NCBI GenBank assembly: GCA_964016885.1
Contig: OZ024742.1
Location: 41,478,001 to 41,542,000 of the forward strand
DNA: 64,000 nucleotides
Direction of reading: 5' to 3'
Origin: Eledone cirrhosa
Taxonomy: Eukaryota
The notes under the pieces are model-generated. The model worked only from the letters and a program-made list of their open reading frames with translations, was not told the origin of the DNA and ran no database searches. The position numbers were made by a program, and so were the translations under genes. Positions within the stretch are counted from its first letter, which is position 1. Every line of letters starts with the position of its first letter. Shown in pieces: positions 31,378 through 44,669 of this stretch.

Positions 31378-31966
31378 ATTTACATATACATAAAGTCATA
31401 GATATATATGTGTTTTGCAACCGGTCACGTTGTGGCTCAATGAAGAATTAATAAATTAAATAATCAGAGCAATATATCATAAATCATGCCCTTAGTATCA
31501 CTAGATAAAATATATACCATTTCTTCTCCCAATTAGCATAACTAACCATATAAAAAATCAATTAGACCAGGCTATAAGAATAAAGGCTCCTATGAAGACA
31601 TTTTCGACAAATAACCAAAAGCGGCCTCTTCGCGGTGGCCCCGATAGAGTATTTATCCAACATTTCAACAGCATGTGGAACCTGACTAAATATACCGCCA
31701 ACCATACACATATTTATCCAACATTTCAACAGCATGTTGTATGGTTGACGGTATATTTAGTCAGTTTCCACATGCTGTTGAAATGTTGGATAAATACTCT
31801 ATCGGGGCCACCGCGAAGAGGCCGCTTTCGGTTATTTGTCGAAAATTTCTTCATAGGAGCCTTTATTCTTATAGCCTGGTCTAATTGATTTTTTATATGG
31901 TTAGTTATGCTAATTGGGAGAAGAAATGGTATATATTTTATCTAGTGATTCTAAGGACATGATTTA

Positions 31967-31974
<8 letters not shown>
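31375..31974. repeat. Fold-back element: arms 31472-31708 / 31738-31974, 29-bp loop
   Basis: Reverse-complement arms with a few mismatches; (TA)n on both sides. Confidence 0.92.
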
Positions 31975-32019
<45 letters not shown>

Positions 32020-32200
32020 TTAGAGCAAACATCACGGGCGCTCTATCTCAAAATTATTTTTGAAAAGCATTAGAAATGCGCAACCGGTAAAACTTAAAAC
32101 CAAAACTGAATACTAACCAATACTATTACTGATTTTCACTTATTCCTAATTAAACTATTTTTCACTGTGTACAATTTGTCAGCATTTTCTTTTCCGTTTA

Positions 32201-32285
<85 letters not shown>

Positions 32286-32353
32286 ATATATATATATATG
32301 TATATATGTATATATATATATATACATATATATATATGTATATATATATATAT

Positions 32354-35300
32354 TGGTCAACCGGATTGGTCCCACCCGTGACAGCAGTCGTTCAACATAG
32401 CCCCACAGATCAGCAACGCCCAAGCAGTGTACCAATGCGTGCGCAACGGTTTCCTCGTCGCGCACGCATCTGGGACAGATCTTTTTCGAGGGGTCCCTAC
32501 CCGGACGCCCGTGTCTGTAGAGCTTTTATCGAACGGGCAACGCCTCTCGGAAGCACTGCCAGGCCAGGGACCTCTGGAAGTTGTCCATAAGTCCCTGGCA
32601 AATGTCCTCCGGAATAGGCTGGCCATTTCGTCTTCTTCCATGCCTAGGGCTTGTCCGAGGGCGTCGTCGCACCTACTAACCACCAGCCCTCTATAGAATG
32701 ACGAAGTGGAGTCTCCACCGATAGCTGGGTCCGCCTGCCAGAGAGCCGTGAGCGCCTGGGCACACTCGGTGTGCCAGGCGCCCAGTCTTCTCGGTCTTTG
32801 CTTGACCCAGGACTGCAGCTCGGTGAGCGAGACGAGTCCTCGGAAAGGCTCGCCTCACAAACGGGCGCCACACCGGTTGACAGGTGAGGACTACCTGGAG
32901 GTGCCGTAGCCTTAATGCGTGTTTACGCATCAGCAGCTACGGCATCCCCAGCCCTCCTTTCGAAGGGTGTTGACAACAGATGGATCTCCTCACCAAAGGA
33001 GCACGCTTCGTCCAAAGGAATTGGAGTGTACGCTCCATTTTGGTGAGCGTTTCCCTTGGGCAAGGCACGACAGTCAGGCGGTAATAGATGACGGACGCTA
33101 TATAAGCGTTCGCCACCTCCGCCCGACCTTTCAGGGATAGTTTGCACTCAGCCCACTTCTGCGTCAGCACAAACACCCTGTTCGATACCTCACCCCAGTT
33201 CTTCTCCACCTGGAGGTCTTTCCCGAACCAGACCCCGAGCAACTTCACCGGGCCCTCCGTCCAACGTCTGACGACGCCGTTGGAGGCCATCGGTTTTCCC
33301 CTCCACTCGCCTAGTTGCAAACTGACTGACTTGTCCCTGTTCAGCTTAGCCCTTGTAAACTTTTCGTATTCCTCCAGTAAGGTGCCGATCACCCCGATTT
33401 CCGAGGCGGTTGACACCATCACTGTCACGTCATCGGCGTAGGTCGACACCGCTTTCCGCAATCCCGGTTCCAAAGGGATGCCCTGTAACAACTCCAACTT
33501 CCGCAGCAGTGGCTCTAGGGCCAATACATACAGAAGGGAGGAGAGAGGACATCCCTGTTGGATGGACCGCGTGATTTCGAACGGCTCCGAGAGGTAGCCG
33601 TTCACCTTGACCCTGGAGCAGATGCGGCTGCTGTGCATGGCAGTGATCCAGCCCCTGAAAACGGGTCCGAAACCTGCCGCCACTAGCACCGCATCGAGGT
33701 AACGATGGTCGACCCTATCGAACGCCTTAGATTGATCCAAATTGATTAGGACCCCACCAAAGCCGGGTTCGTCCCCAGCCCTCTCTATGATGTATCGCAT
33801 GAGATGGACGTTGTCGTGAATCGACCTGGACGGGATGGCGCATGTCTGTGCATCTCCCACCAGGTTGCCCACGACAAGCGCCAACCTCTTTGCTAACACC
33901 TTGGCCAAAATCTGTAACTCTGCATTTAGCAGAGTTATGGGCCTAAAATTACTTTTTTCATCCCCCTTGTTCTCGTCCTTCCTCACTAGCGAGACAACGC
34001 CCTTGGTCACTGCACAGAGAATTCTCCCGTTCTGTTGCCAGTTGCAGTAGACCGCCTCGAGGAGATCGAAGAACAAGTCCGGCATACTTAAATACAGTTC
34101 GTATGGAAGACCATCGAAGTCCGGAGATTTGCGTCTGCCGCATTGGCTCAGCACGTCCCCTATTTCAGCAAATGAGATCGGCCTCTCGCAGGACTTCGCA
34201 TCCTCGTCCGAAAGACGCGGCAGGCCGTCGAGGTATGGACCGAGGTCCACATCCTCATCCGGCCCCTCGCCCCTTCCGTACAATCGGGCAAAATGCCTTT
34301 GAAAGGCCTCGCACATCTGCTTAGGTTCAAGGATCACCCGTCCATCCTAGTCTCGCAAAGACCGGATAGTGGATCTAATCCCATTTTTGGCTTCTATCAC
34401 GCGGGCCCAGCTAACAGCTTTGGTCCCCTCGTTTCCCAGAGCACGTATTTTGCTTCGGACAACGCAGCCTTCGTGTTTCGCGTCGAAGAACTCGCCCAAG
34501 GCCATTCTCGACGCTAGCACTCTGGCTACGTCGCCGCTTCTAATTGCCTCTTCTACACTATCTACCAACTCCCTTTCCTTCCTATTTCTATCTGAGGCTA
34601 ACTCCTTACTAACTCCTATTGAAACTACTCTAATCTCTCTTTTGAGAGAGCCCCACCTCCTGCTGTTGACGTTGGCGCCCGTCAACCGCTCCTTAACTAA
34701 AGTACTAATCCGGTCCCTGTAAGCTTTACTTGCCAGTAAGGACAAGTTGAGGGTCCCTGTCTATGCGTTCTATCAAGGTTGACCATGGAGGTCACTAACT
34801 TGTGGTCTGAATAGCCAACCATGAGCATTTCTGGACAACTTAAAAAGTCCCTATCCTTATTTCTAACTAAGAACCTATCTAGGTACGATCTAGATTGACC
34901 GTTGTGGTTTGTCCAAGTCCAGGTTGGCACAGTCGGAAAATTTAGTCGATATCTATCGGCCAGGTCGAATCGGCCGATTAACCCCTTGAGGCTGTTACAA
35001 CCCCTCTATCAGGACATGCCCCTACATAGTCCCAACGTGCATCTACGATACCATTCCAGTCCCCCACTAAAAGCAAGGAGCGGGACGTCCCTAGAAAAGT
35101 CTCCAGACGATGGAAGAAGTCCGACCGCGTTGACCCAAAAGGGTCGTAGACGGTGACCAGCCTAAAAGCTTCGCCTTCACCACTGCCAAGGTCCAGAACC
35201 ACTAGTCAACCCTCCGGGTCCAAGTGTACCGGCTGTGTAGCGAGACCCAGATGTTTTTGCAGCAGAACGACAACCCCACCCCCATCTCCGGGCTGACAGA

Positions 35301-37600
35301 GAGATGCGTGCATCTCAAAGTCATCAAAGGTGGGGGCCAGCTGTCGTACGCTGCTGATCCGGGCCTCGCAAATAACCATCACATTTATACATCGTGACCT
35401 GAGGGCATTTAGAAGCATTGCTTGCTTCCAAGGTGAGCCCAGGCCACGCGCATTTAGACAACCTACTCTCAACACAGCCATGTTGATGGTAAAGAGAAAA
35501 GGCACTTTACTCTCTGCGTCCCGGGGATCGGGCCGCACAATTTCCATGGGGGTGGGGGATGGGTTGTTGGGTGGGGTGGTGGTTTGTGGAAGTGTAGGGG
35601 CATCTGTGTGTGGTGGGGTTGGGGTGTTTGTGTGGGTGTCTGGGGGGGGGGGGATTTGTTAGGAGGACACGGTTAATGGGTCTGACGCAGGGGTGCCCCA
35701 CGTTCTTTAAAAGTGTCTTTTAACGTTTTGTAAATGTCCATTGGGCTTTTATCATTTTTAGATGGGGAAGCCCCGTTGCTTGTGCGAAATTCGAACCTTC
35801 GGTTTTTATTAAATTGTTATTATAAATAACGTTTAACAGTTTTTTGTTTATTGTGTTTATGTAAGTGTATGCATATTTTTCTTTTTGTGTGATATTTTTT
35901 GTTTGTTGTTGTTGTGTGATTTTTGTGTTGATGTCTGTATTATGTATTGGGGAGGGGTTGTTTGTATTTGTGTTCCTGTGGTGTGTTTTTTTTTTTTCTT
36001 TTAACTTTATGAAAGTGGTCCCCCCCCTCGTCTGACGACGAAAGGGGGTCGTCTTCCATATTCGAGGGGAGGGGTACATTTTCGGCTCGTGTTTGTGGTG
36101 TGGGTGTTATTGTATTTGTTTTCTGTGGGGGGCAGGGGGGGATTGTTTTCAGTTGTGTTTTAACTTGTGGTGTTAGTTGTTTTTGTGGTGGTGGTGGAGG
36201 TTGTGTTGGTAGCGTTGTAGTTGTTGGTGTGGGCAAAATCGGTGTTTTTTTTATTGCTTGGGAACAGACAGCCCTCAGGTGACCTGTGCCACCACAGAGG
36301 TAACAAGCGGGTCGTCTTCCTTCCACTGTGATGTGTAAGTAGGCAAGCCCATCCAGCAATATGCGGTCGGGGATCCTAGCAATTCGTTCTGGATGCATTT
36401 GCACCAGAACTTGCAGGCTAGTTCAACCGAACACGTTGCTGGAAGACTTACCTACCGAAATTACTGCATCCTCTTTCAAGTCGAAGAGGCCACAGAGTAC
36501 CGCCCAGAAATCAATATCTGGATCGATACTGTGTATGGTCAATCTTTGCGTTCTTCTTCCCAAATAAGTGGGGAAGAAGGTAAATAAGGGGGACACAATT
36601 GGGGCCAGGGAATGTTTTTCGGCCGTCAATTTATCTTTCATTCGGATGGATAGACTACCGTAGAGTCTATCCTTCCGAATGAATACAATGTTTTTCAGAC
36701 GATCTTTTAAAGCCAGTTCAATCTCTGTCTGTGTGAGTTGTACTGGCTTACGGGTTTTGTTTGATATTGTCCTATAAATAATAGTTTTAAAGCTATTTTC
36801 CTTTTTTAGCTCTGGGGGAGAATTTAAAGAAAATAAACCATTCTCCTCCAAAGTTATATACGTCCGTGCATTTTCCATTTGCTGGGCCATGTTCGAAATG
36901 TCAATAGGTTCATACACAATGTTTTTTTTGGGTAGTTTGAGCGAACGTCATTTTGTTCGCCCCCTCTTTGTTTACATTTGTCGAAATGTGGTTGTTTTCT
37001 TGTTTTTTGTTGTTACAATTTTCATTTTTTGTTGTGTTTGTGTTATTTATGTTGGTGTATGCGTTCACATTTTTTTCCCCGTTGGGGTTAGACTCCATTT
37101 TTTCAAAATGTTCACTTATATTCTCAGTATCCGAGAGACTTGTAGTCACAGCTACTACTTCTCTTTCACCTTTGCTGGTGGGCGTGGCACCGTGAAAAGT
37201 CGAAACGGCATCCATTAATGTTGGCAATTTCTCCGAGTCAATTTTTTTCACATTTTTTTCATTAGGGTTAGGCTCCATTTTTTCAATGTTTCTAATAATC
37301 ATTATTCTTTCAGTAGGGAGGCTTGTTGCCTCCGCTACCCACTCTCCTTCAGTGTGTTTAGTGGGCGTGTCATCGTTACCTGTGGTAATGGCTTCCATTA
37401 CCACTAGCGTAGAGACAATCACAAGATTTTTAGGATGAAAAATTTCACCCCAAAAGGGGTGAAATAAATTAACCCTAATGTCCGAAGACCCAGGCAAGGG
37501 GGTTAATTAACACAATAACGCAAGAATACAGACAAACACTTACTGTTAACACGTAATATATCCAATAATCGAGGAGCCGATGTGAAGAACGTCTATACCA
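32354..37600 (-). mobile_element. Tx1/L1-clade LINE copy A (ORF1 ~37398-35510; ORF2 35481-32354; disrupted, 3' end lost)
   Basis: ORF1 CCHC CYLCGGTGHLRAVC; APE VGCLNARGL, GDWN, YSDH; RT NFRPITLLN, QGCPLS, YADD, GGLGMP; [11 protein letters not shown]. Confidence 0.92.
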
Positions 37601-37606
37601 TCCGGA

Positions 37607-38209
37607 GATAGATAGATAGATATGTTTCTTTATTAGCCACAGGGGCTCAAAAGAAGGGGACAATTACAAAGGAGGGAGTTTACATACAATAAAAACGTGT
37701 AAAATGTTATCACAATTGTAAATTAAAAGTTAATCGATTTTCCCCAATAGGGGGAGACAGTTCATATGGGTAGCACATACCCCCGAAAAAAATGTGCAAC
37801 CCTCATCTCCAGGAGTACGAAGAGTTTGTACCCCTTTCCTCTCTTCCTCTTTTTCCTCAACCTACAGGCTGATATAGGGAGAAGGCCCATTCACACGGGC
37901 CATTCTCGCCCCTTTCACCCACCTTTCATAAAATTTGCTGGGGTACAGCACCTCTCTCTCCATCCTGACTCTTTTTCCAAAGTGGTATTTGAAAAAAAGA
38001 ATCAGTTGTTGGCCGGAGAGAAAGGTGTCTGACCTCAGCCCTTTCAACCTCGTCCACCATACAACCTCTTTCGCCATAGCTATCACATAAAGGAAAACCG
38101 CCTCTCCTTCGTTTTTGAAGGAGGGTGGCGGTTTGATCCTGACAATGGACTCGGTGGTCAACCGGATTGGTCCCACCCACGACAATAGTCGTTCTACATA
38201 GCCTCACAG
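37607..38209 (-). mobile_element. Tx1-clade LINE 3' fragment B with AATAAA and (TATC)n end
   Basis: Highly similar to 47820-48412; ORF 37862-38185 matches the ORF2 C-terminus. Confidence 0.9.
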
Positions 38210-38310
38210 TTTATTCTATTAGCCTTGTTCCTAGTTCTTTCTATTCTATTCCAAAATTTGCTCCTATACAAGGGGCAGGTCCCATTTATGTCATTATTTA
38301 CCATTTTTTC

Positions 38311-40156
38311 CCATAAAACGGGCAGCGACCCTGTCGCGGGACCACCAACACGGCCAGTCTGTGGAGCTAACATTGCTAGTAACTACAGACTGTCCTACTT
38401 CCTCTCCTTGATCATACGCCCCATCATTGAAATGTCCCCAGATGTATGTGACAGCACGGAGGACCTCCTCAGCAGAATCGGCGAGAGTAACCGATCTAGG
38501 GACCTAACAAACTGCATAATAGGTAGTATGGATGTTGTGTCCCTGTATCCATCTATTGACGTGAATTTTGCTGTGGAGAAATGCGTAGAAATGATCAGTG
38601 AGAGCAATGTTGAGTTCCGTGGGATTGATACCAGTGAGCTGGGACTCCTACTTAAACTTACCTATAGTAATAATTACCTAGACACATATGACCTTAGCAG
38701 CCTGTGCCCTACAAGACCAGCAAGAGGCAGACCACCTACCATTACCTCAATGGCCAAGAAAACCCACACAGATAGATGGAACGGGTGGACCAGAGCCATA
38801 CGGACACCCGAAAACCACGATGAACTGAAGAAAACGATTGCACATGCGGTAGGGGCCAGCATAAAACTAACCCTTAAGGAACATATGTTCAAATTTAATG
38901 GAAAAACATATGCCCAAGAGGAAGGAGCAGCCATTGGTGTTAGCATTGCAGGCGACATAGCTAACTTATTCATGGTATGGTGGGACAGTAGACTTAAACT
39001 TAAACTTAAAGAACAATTAGAAGACCCCTTAACCCTGATAATGTACTCCCGCTACGTTGATGATATAAACATCGTAGTTAAGACACCCCCACTAGAGAAC
39101 AGTCAGGAACTAGAGAAAAACACAATGGAAAGCATCCAGCAAATAGCTAACTCCATCCACCAGAGCATTAGAGTTACTATAGACTACCCAAGTAAACACC
39201 CCAACCATCGATTACCTGTACTATACACAGAGCTCTGGTTAGATACCATTAATAACAAAAAACAAATCCTCCATTCCCATTATGCCAAACCCATGACTTC
39301 CAAACATCTGATCCACCGAAACTCGGCCGTTTCGGACCATACCAAAATCAACATACTGATTGCGGATTTGGTACGGGTGATGAGAAACGTGTCCCGCATG
39401 TGCAACCCCGAAGAACTAGAGAGACACATACAACACTTCATCCACCGTATGCAGTTCTCTGGCTACAATCAGAGAGATAAAATCAGAGTGTATAGAGGAG
39501 CCAGAACCAAATGGGAAAAAATGGTAAATAATGACATAAATGCGACCTGCCCCTTGTATAGGAGCAAATTTTGGAATAGAATAGAAAGAACTAGGAACAA
39601 GGCTAATAGAATAAACTCATGGTATGATAGCAATAAATACCAGAGTGTAATGTTCATCGATACAACCCCTAGAAGTGAATTAGCTTACAAATTTAGAAGG
39701 GCTCTAGATAAACATAAACTCAATATTAAGATAGTAGAAAGACCAGGTACCTCCGTAAAAACACTTATTAGCAAGACATACCCTTTTCAAAGACCCTCAT
39801 GTATAGATAAGAAATGTATAACCTGTAAAATAAGCCCCCATATTAACTGTAAAACTAGAAATGTAGTGTATAGCATAAGATGTACTGAAGGACAATGTAG
39901 AGACAAAAATATAGTGTACATAGGTGAGACAGCTCGTAGTGTAGGGGAACGGATAAATGAACACTGGCGAGACCTTCAAGATAGTAAAGAATCATCTGTA
40001 CTCTACCAACATGCTAAAATAGAACACAAGGGTAAATTAGAGAACATAGAAATAAAAATAGAATCTACACACAGAAAAGATGCAATGTTTAGACAAATCA
40101 CAGAGGCAATAAACATAAAAGAATTACAACCAAAATTAAATAGAAAATATGAGTGA
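38311..40156 (+). CDS. PLE RT and GIY-YIG endonuclease, 5'-truncated open frame
   Basis: PTRPVCGA, GSMDVVSLYPSI, GAAIG, RYVDD, CIDKKCITC, NVVYSIRC, YIGETARS, ERINEH. The first ~29 aa of the track ORF come from an inverted fragment. Confidence 0.85.
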
Positions 40157-40279
40157 AACAGCAACATCACAACTTACAATTAAGGACAAAATGAATACAC
40201 ACACACACATAGAACAAACAACCAACCAGTAACATGTAAATAAACAAATAAATAAATGAACATAAACACACACAGACAC

Positions 40280-40337
40280 CCGGATGTGGCGCATGCGCAG
40301 ACTGAGCACACAACACACACACATAAACAAAATGGCG
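40280..40337 (+). promoter_or_regulatory. Candidate PLE promoter with ETS-, NRF1- and YY1-like motifs
   Basis: CCGGATGT 40280-40287, GCGCATGCGCA 40289-40299, AAAATGGCG 40329-40337 (AAGATGGCG in the copy near 1375). Confidence 0.4.
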
Positions 40338-40384
40338 TAGGACAGAACAAAGGAGAGGCACAAAAACAAAGAAAGGAATCCCCA

Positions 40385-40427
40385 GTCACTGAAGAGGTCA
40401 CAGAGTGTGTGACGAAAGAAATATGAC
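40385..40427 (+). ncRNA. Minimal hammerhead in Naiad pLTR
   Basis: GTCA-CTGAAGA-GGTCACAGAGTGTGTGAC-GAAA-GAAA-TA-TGAC. Confidence 0.7.
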
Positions 40428-40558
40428 AATATATAAACAACTATCTGGTTGTGGAACCAACCAACCAACCAGAAATTTATAAATTTATAAATTTATTATA
40501 AATTTATTATAATAAATTGAAGTGAAAGCAACTGGTGCGTGTGTTTCTATTTGGCAAC

Positions 40559-43500
40559 ATGACCCTCCCAAAGTATAACAATATCGGTTTCAACACACGA
40601 TTTCAGATAAAGAATCTTGCTAAACAAATTTAGAAACGAAATATCGTAAGCCTTAGCCAGGCTAACAAGATACTGAAAACCACCATGTTCTGTTGTCTAC
40701 GAAAAACCATAACATCTCGACAACTACACTTCATAAAAGAATGTGCCTCGTCCCGAGTTTACACCAACACCATCAACACCGACGTAAGAAGATTACAACT
40801 CACCAAAAAAACAAGCAGATAGGCTAAAACGAACACTAATTCTAAACATAAAAAAGAAGATCTATAGAGAATTAAGTCATCAAGAAAAACATAAGCGTAA
40901 CCTAATACAAGGAATAGCTAGGATCACCACACCAAGAGAGAAACTAATATTTATAAGCCTTATACGTCCTGAAGAACAGTACATTACTCAAGAATGTGAT
41001 AAGCACTTTAACAAGAAACTAAAGTGGCTTAAGCAGATAAAGCTAAATCAGGATACTGTAGAGAATACCAATAGATATCCCGACAAAATTGACGGTATAA
41101 ATATGGCCGACACCTCATTAACAGATGAGTTCAACAACAACAACAACACAAATATATACGGCAACACAGTAATAGGAGACGATGAGTTATCTGTATTACG
41201 TCTACCACCGAAATTTGCGACATTCAAGAAGGTAAATATGATTAGTTGTCTCTCAGAAATAGAAAAATCATTTACAAAACTACGCTGGAGCCTCAAAAAC
41301 AAAAACAAAAACAAAAGTAACAATATACGCACACACATAGACAACACACATCCCAACAACAACAGACACACAGACACAAACAACAATAACAACAACACAC
41401 ACACCACCACCACCACCAACAACAACAATAATAACATACCCAGAAACAACAACAACAGACACGCAGACACAAACAAGAATAACAACACACACAACAATAA
41501 TAACACACACGGAGACAACAACAACACACATCAACAACAGCACACATCAACAACAACAACACACACACATTCAATGCCTCTCACCACCACCACAATCTTA
41601 ACAAACACACAGACACAGAAAACACAGAAAACAAGTAATGACAGTAGCACAGAAATCACAGAAATAAGGGAAAGTAATAGGATTAAAAGGAGAAGGGAGA
41701 CTAAGGACAAAGAAAATAACCAAGACGAACACACAGACACACAAAATAGGGTAGATAACAACAATGAGCCAGTGGAAAGAGACAGGAGTAATTATGAGAG
41801 ACATAGAAACAACCATGAGGCTGTTGGTGGAAATAGAAATAGAAACAACACAACTAACAATAACAATAGCACTAGTACACATAAAGCAGCAGCCTGGAAC
41901 TCTACTTTTTATAATCCCTCCGATAAATCGTTCGACCTGCGACGAGTCCACGCCACGACTTTACCATTTAACAAACGCACGCAATTGCCGTCGCAGGTCG
42001 ATGAACAAACAGAAGCACAATTTAGTATAGCTAGATCCGAACTTAGAAATATTATAGAACAGTATAGCAAGAAGCATAATAGAACGGAGGCCCAGCAACT
42101 GGGAGAAAAATCTGCAAATGGCTTGCGTAAGCTCATGCAGCGCCCGCGTAATGGAGAGATAGCATGCTTTCCAACAGACAAGTCTGGCAGAATGTCGGTT
42201 GACAGCCTGCCAAACTACATTCAGGCAATGCAACCCCACATCACTAACACAAGAGAGGTAACACCACAGGAGCATAAGGATAGAGAAAAAGCCCTCAATG
42301 CCCATATGGTGATGTGGACGAATATAATGCAGCCCAACAAAAGGACTGCCAACAACTTCCAGGCCTGGAACAATGACGTGCCGGCGTTGTATGGGCTTCG
42401 AAAAGACCATAAAACGGGCAGTGACCCTGTCGCGGGACCACCAACACGGCCAGTCTGTGGAGCTAACATTGCTAGTAACTACAGACTGTCCTACTTCCTC
42501 TCCCTGATCATACGCCCCATCATTGAAATGTCCCCAGATGTATGTGACAGCACGGAGGACCTCCTCAGCAGAATCAGCGAGAGTAACCGATCTAGGGACC
42601 TAACAAACTGCATAATAGGTAGTATGGATGTTGTGTCCCTGTATCCATCTATTGACGTGAATTTTGCTGTGGAGAAATGCGTAGAAATGATCAGTGAGAG
42701 CAATGTTGAGTTCCGTGGGATTGATACCAGTGAGCTGGGACTCCTACTTAAACTTACCTATAGTAATAATTACCTAGACACATATGACCTTAGCAGCCTG
42801 TGCCCTACAAGACCAGCAAGAGGCAGACCACCTACCATTACCTCAATGGCCAAGAAAACCCACACAGATAGATGGAACGGGTGGACCAGAGCCATACGGA
42901 CACCCGAAAACCACGATGAACTGAAGAAAATGATTGCACATGCGGTAGGGGCCAGCATAAAACTAACCCTTAAGGAACATATGTTCAAATTTAATGGAAA
43001 AACATATGCCCAAGAGGAAGGAGCAGCCATTGGTGTTAGCATTGCAGGCGACATAGCTAACTTATTCATGGTATGGTGGGACAGTAGACTTAAACTTAAA
43101 CTTAAAGAACAATTAGAAGACCCCTTAACCCTGATAATGTACTCCCGCTACGTTGATGATATAAACATCGTAGTTAAGACACCCCCACTAGAGAACAGTC
43201 AGGAACTAGAGAAAAACACAATGGAAAGCATCCAGCAAATAGCTAACTCCATCCACCAGAGCATTAGAGTTACTATAGACTACCCAAGTAAACACCCCAA
43301 CCATCGATTACCTGTACTATACACAGAGCTCTGGTTAGATACCATTAATAACAAAAAACAAATCCTCCATTCCCATTATGCCAAACCCATGACTTCCAAA
43401 CATCTGATCCACCGAAACTCGGCCGTTTCGGACCATACCAAAATCAACATACTGATTGCGGATTTGGTACGGGTGATGAGAAACGTGTCCCGCATGTGCA

Positions 43501-43937
43501 ACCCCGAAGAACTAGAGAGACACATACAACACTTCATCCACCGTATGCAGTTCTCTGGCTACAATCAGAGAGATAAAATCAGAGTGTATAGAGGAGCCAA
43601 AACCAAATGGGGAAAAATGGTAAATAATGACATAAATGCGACCTGCCCCTTGTATAGGAGCAAACTTTGGAATAGAATAGAAAGAACTAGGAACAAGGCT
43701 AATAGAATAAACTCATGGCATGATAGCAATAAATAGCAGAGTGTAATGTTCATCGATACAACCCCTAGAGGTGAATTAGCTTACAAATTTAGAAGGGCCT
43801 TAGATAAACATAAACTCAATATTAAGATAGTAGAAAGACCAGGTACCTCCGTAAAAACACTTATTAGCAAGACATACCCTTTTCAAAGACCCTCATGTAT
43901 AGATAAGAAATGTATAACCTGTAAAATAAGCCCCCAT
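40559..43937 (+). pseudogene. Naiad-type PLE polyprotein (open 41103-43736; stops in the N-terminal region; EN absent)
   Basis: Probable start ATGACCCTCCCAAAG at 40559; LRLPPKFA, PTDKSGRM, YGLRKDHK, RYVDD; nonsense TAG at 43734-43736. Confidence 0.88.
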
Positions 43938-43987
43938 GGCGTAGGACAGAACAAAGGAGAGGCACAGAAACAAAGAAAGGAATCCCC

Positions 43988-44032
43988 AGTCACTGAAGAG
44001 GTCACAGAGTGTGTGACGAAAGAACTATGACT
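43988..44032 (+). ncRNA. Minimal hammerhead in 3' Naiad pLTR
   Basis: AGTCA-CTGAAGA-GGTCACAGAGTGTGTGAC-GAAA-GAAC-TA-TGACT. Confidence 0.8.
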
Positions 44033-44244
44033 ATATATAAAGAACTATCTGGTTGTGGAACCAACCAACCAACCAGAAATTTATAAATTTATAAATTTAT
44101 TATGAATTTATTATAATAAATTGAAGTGAAAGCTACTGGTGCGTGTGTTTCTTATTGGCAACATGACCCTCCCAAAGTATAACAATATCGGTTTCAATAC
44201 ACGATTTCAGATAAAGAAAATCTTGCTAAACAAATTCAGAAACG

Positions 44245-44361
<117 letters not shown>

Positions 44362-44400
44362 TAAATATACACGGGTGTGTATGATTGTGTATAGAAGATT

Positions 44401-44636
44401 ATATTAATATGAGGAATTCCAACTTTGTCTGATTTACTCGTTTTATTTACAATCCTTTAAAATTTATAATGGTATTATAATGAAATAGTATGATAGAATA
44501 TTAAATTCTATCATACAATTAACACTTAGAATTTAATATTCTATCATACTATTTCATTATAATACCATTATAAATTTTAAAGGATTGTAAATAAAACGAG
44601 TAAATCAGACAAAGTTAGAATTCCTCTTATTGATAT
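44401..44636. repeat. Fold-back: ~110-bp arms 44401-44510 / 44527-44636
   Basis: Reverse-complement arms with a 16-bp loop, between microsatellites. Confidence 0.88.
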
Positions 44637-44669
44637 ATATATATATATATTCTATATATATATATATAT

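Noticed and set aside
31795-31860. Ribozyme in the 31472-31974 fold-back (CGAAGAGGCC...GTCGAAA)
   Set aside because: No CUGANGA core could be fitted; it may be structured RNA but this is not supportable by eye.
32354-38209. Tx1 A and B as one circularly permuted element (55-bp terminal overlap)
   Set aside because: The overlap has several mismatches and B resembles copy C more than A; independent insertions are simpler.
40154-40156. TGA as possible selenocysteine (known in some Naiad PLEs)
   Set aside because: The paralogue near 1550 has TGG (NRKHEW) at this position and the conserved Cys codons are normal, so it is a Trp-to-stop mutation.
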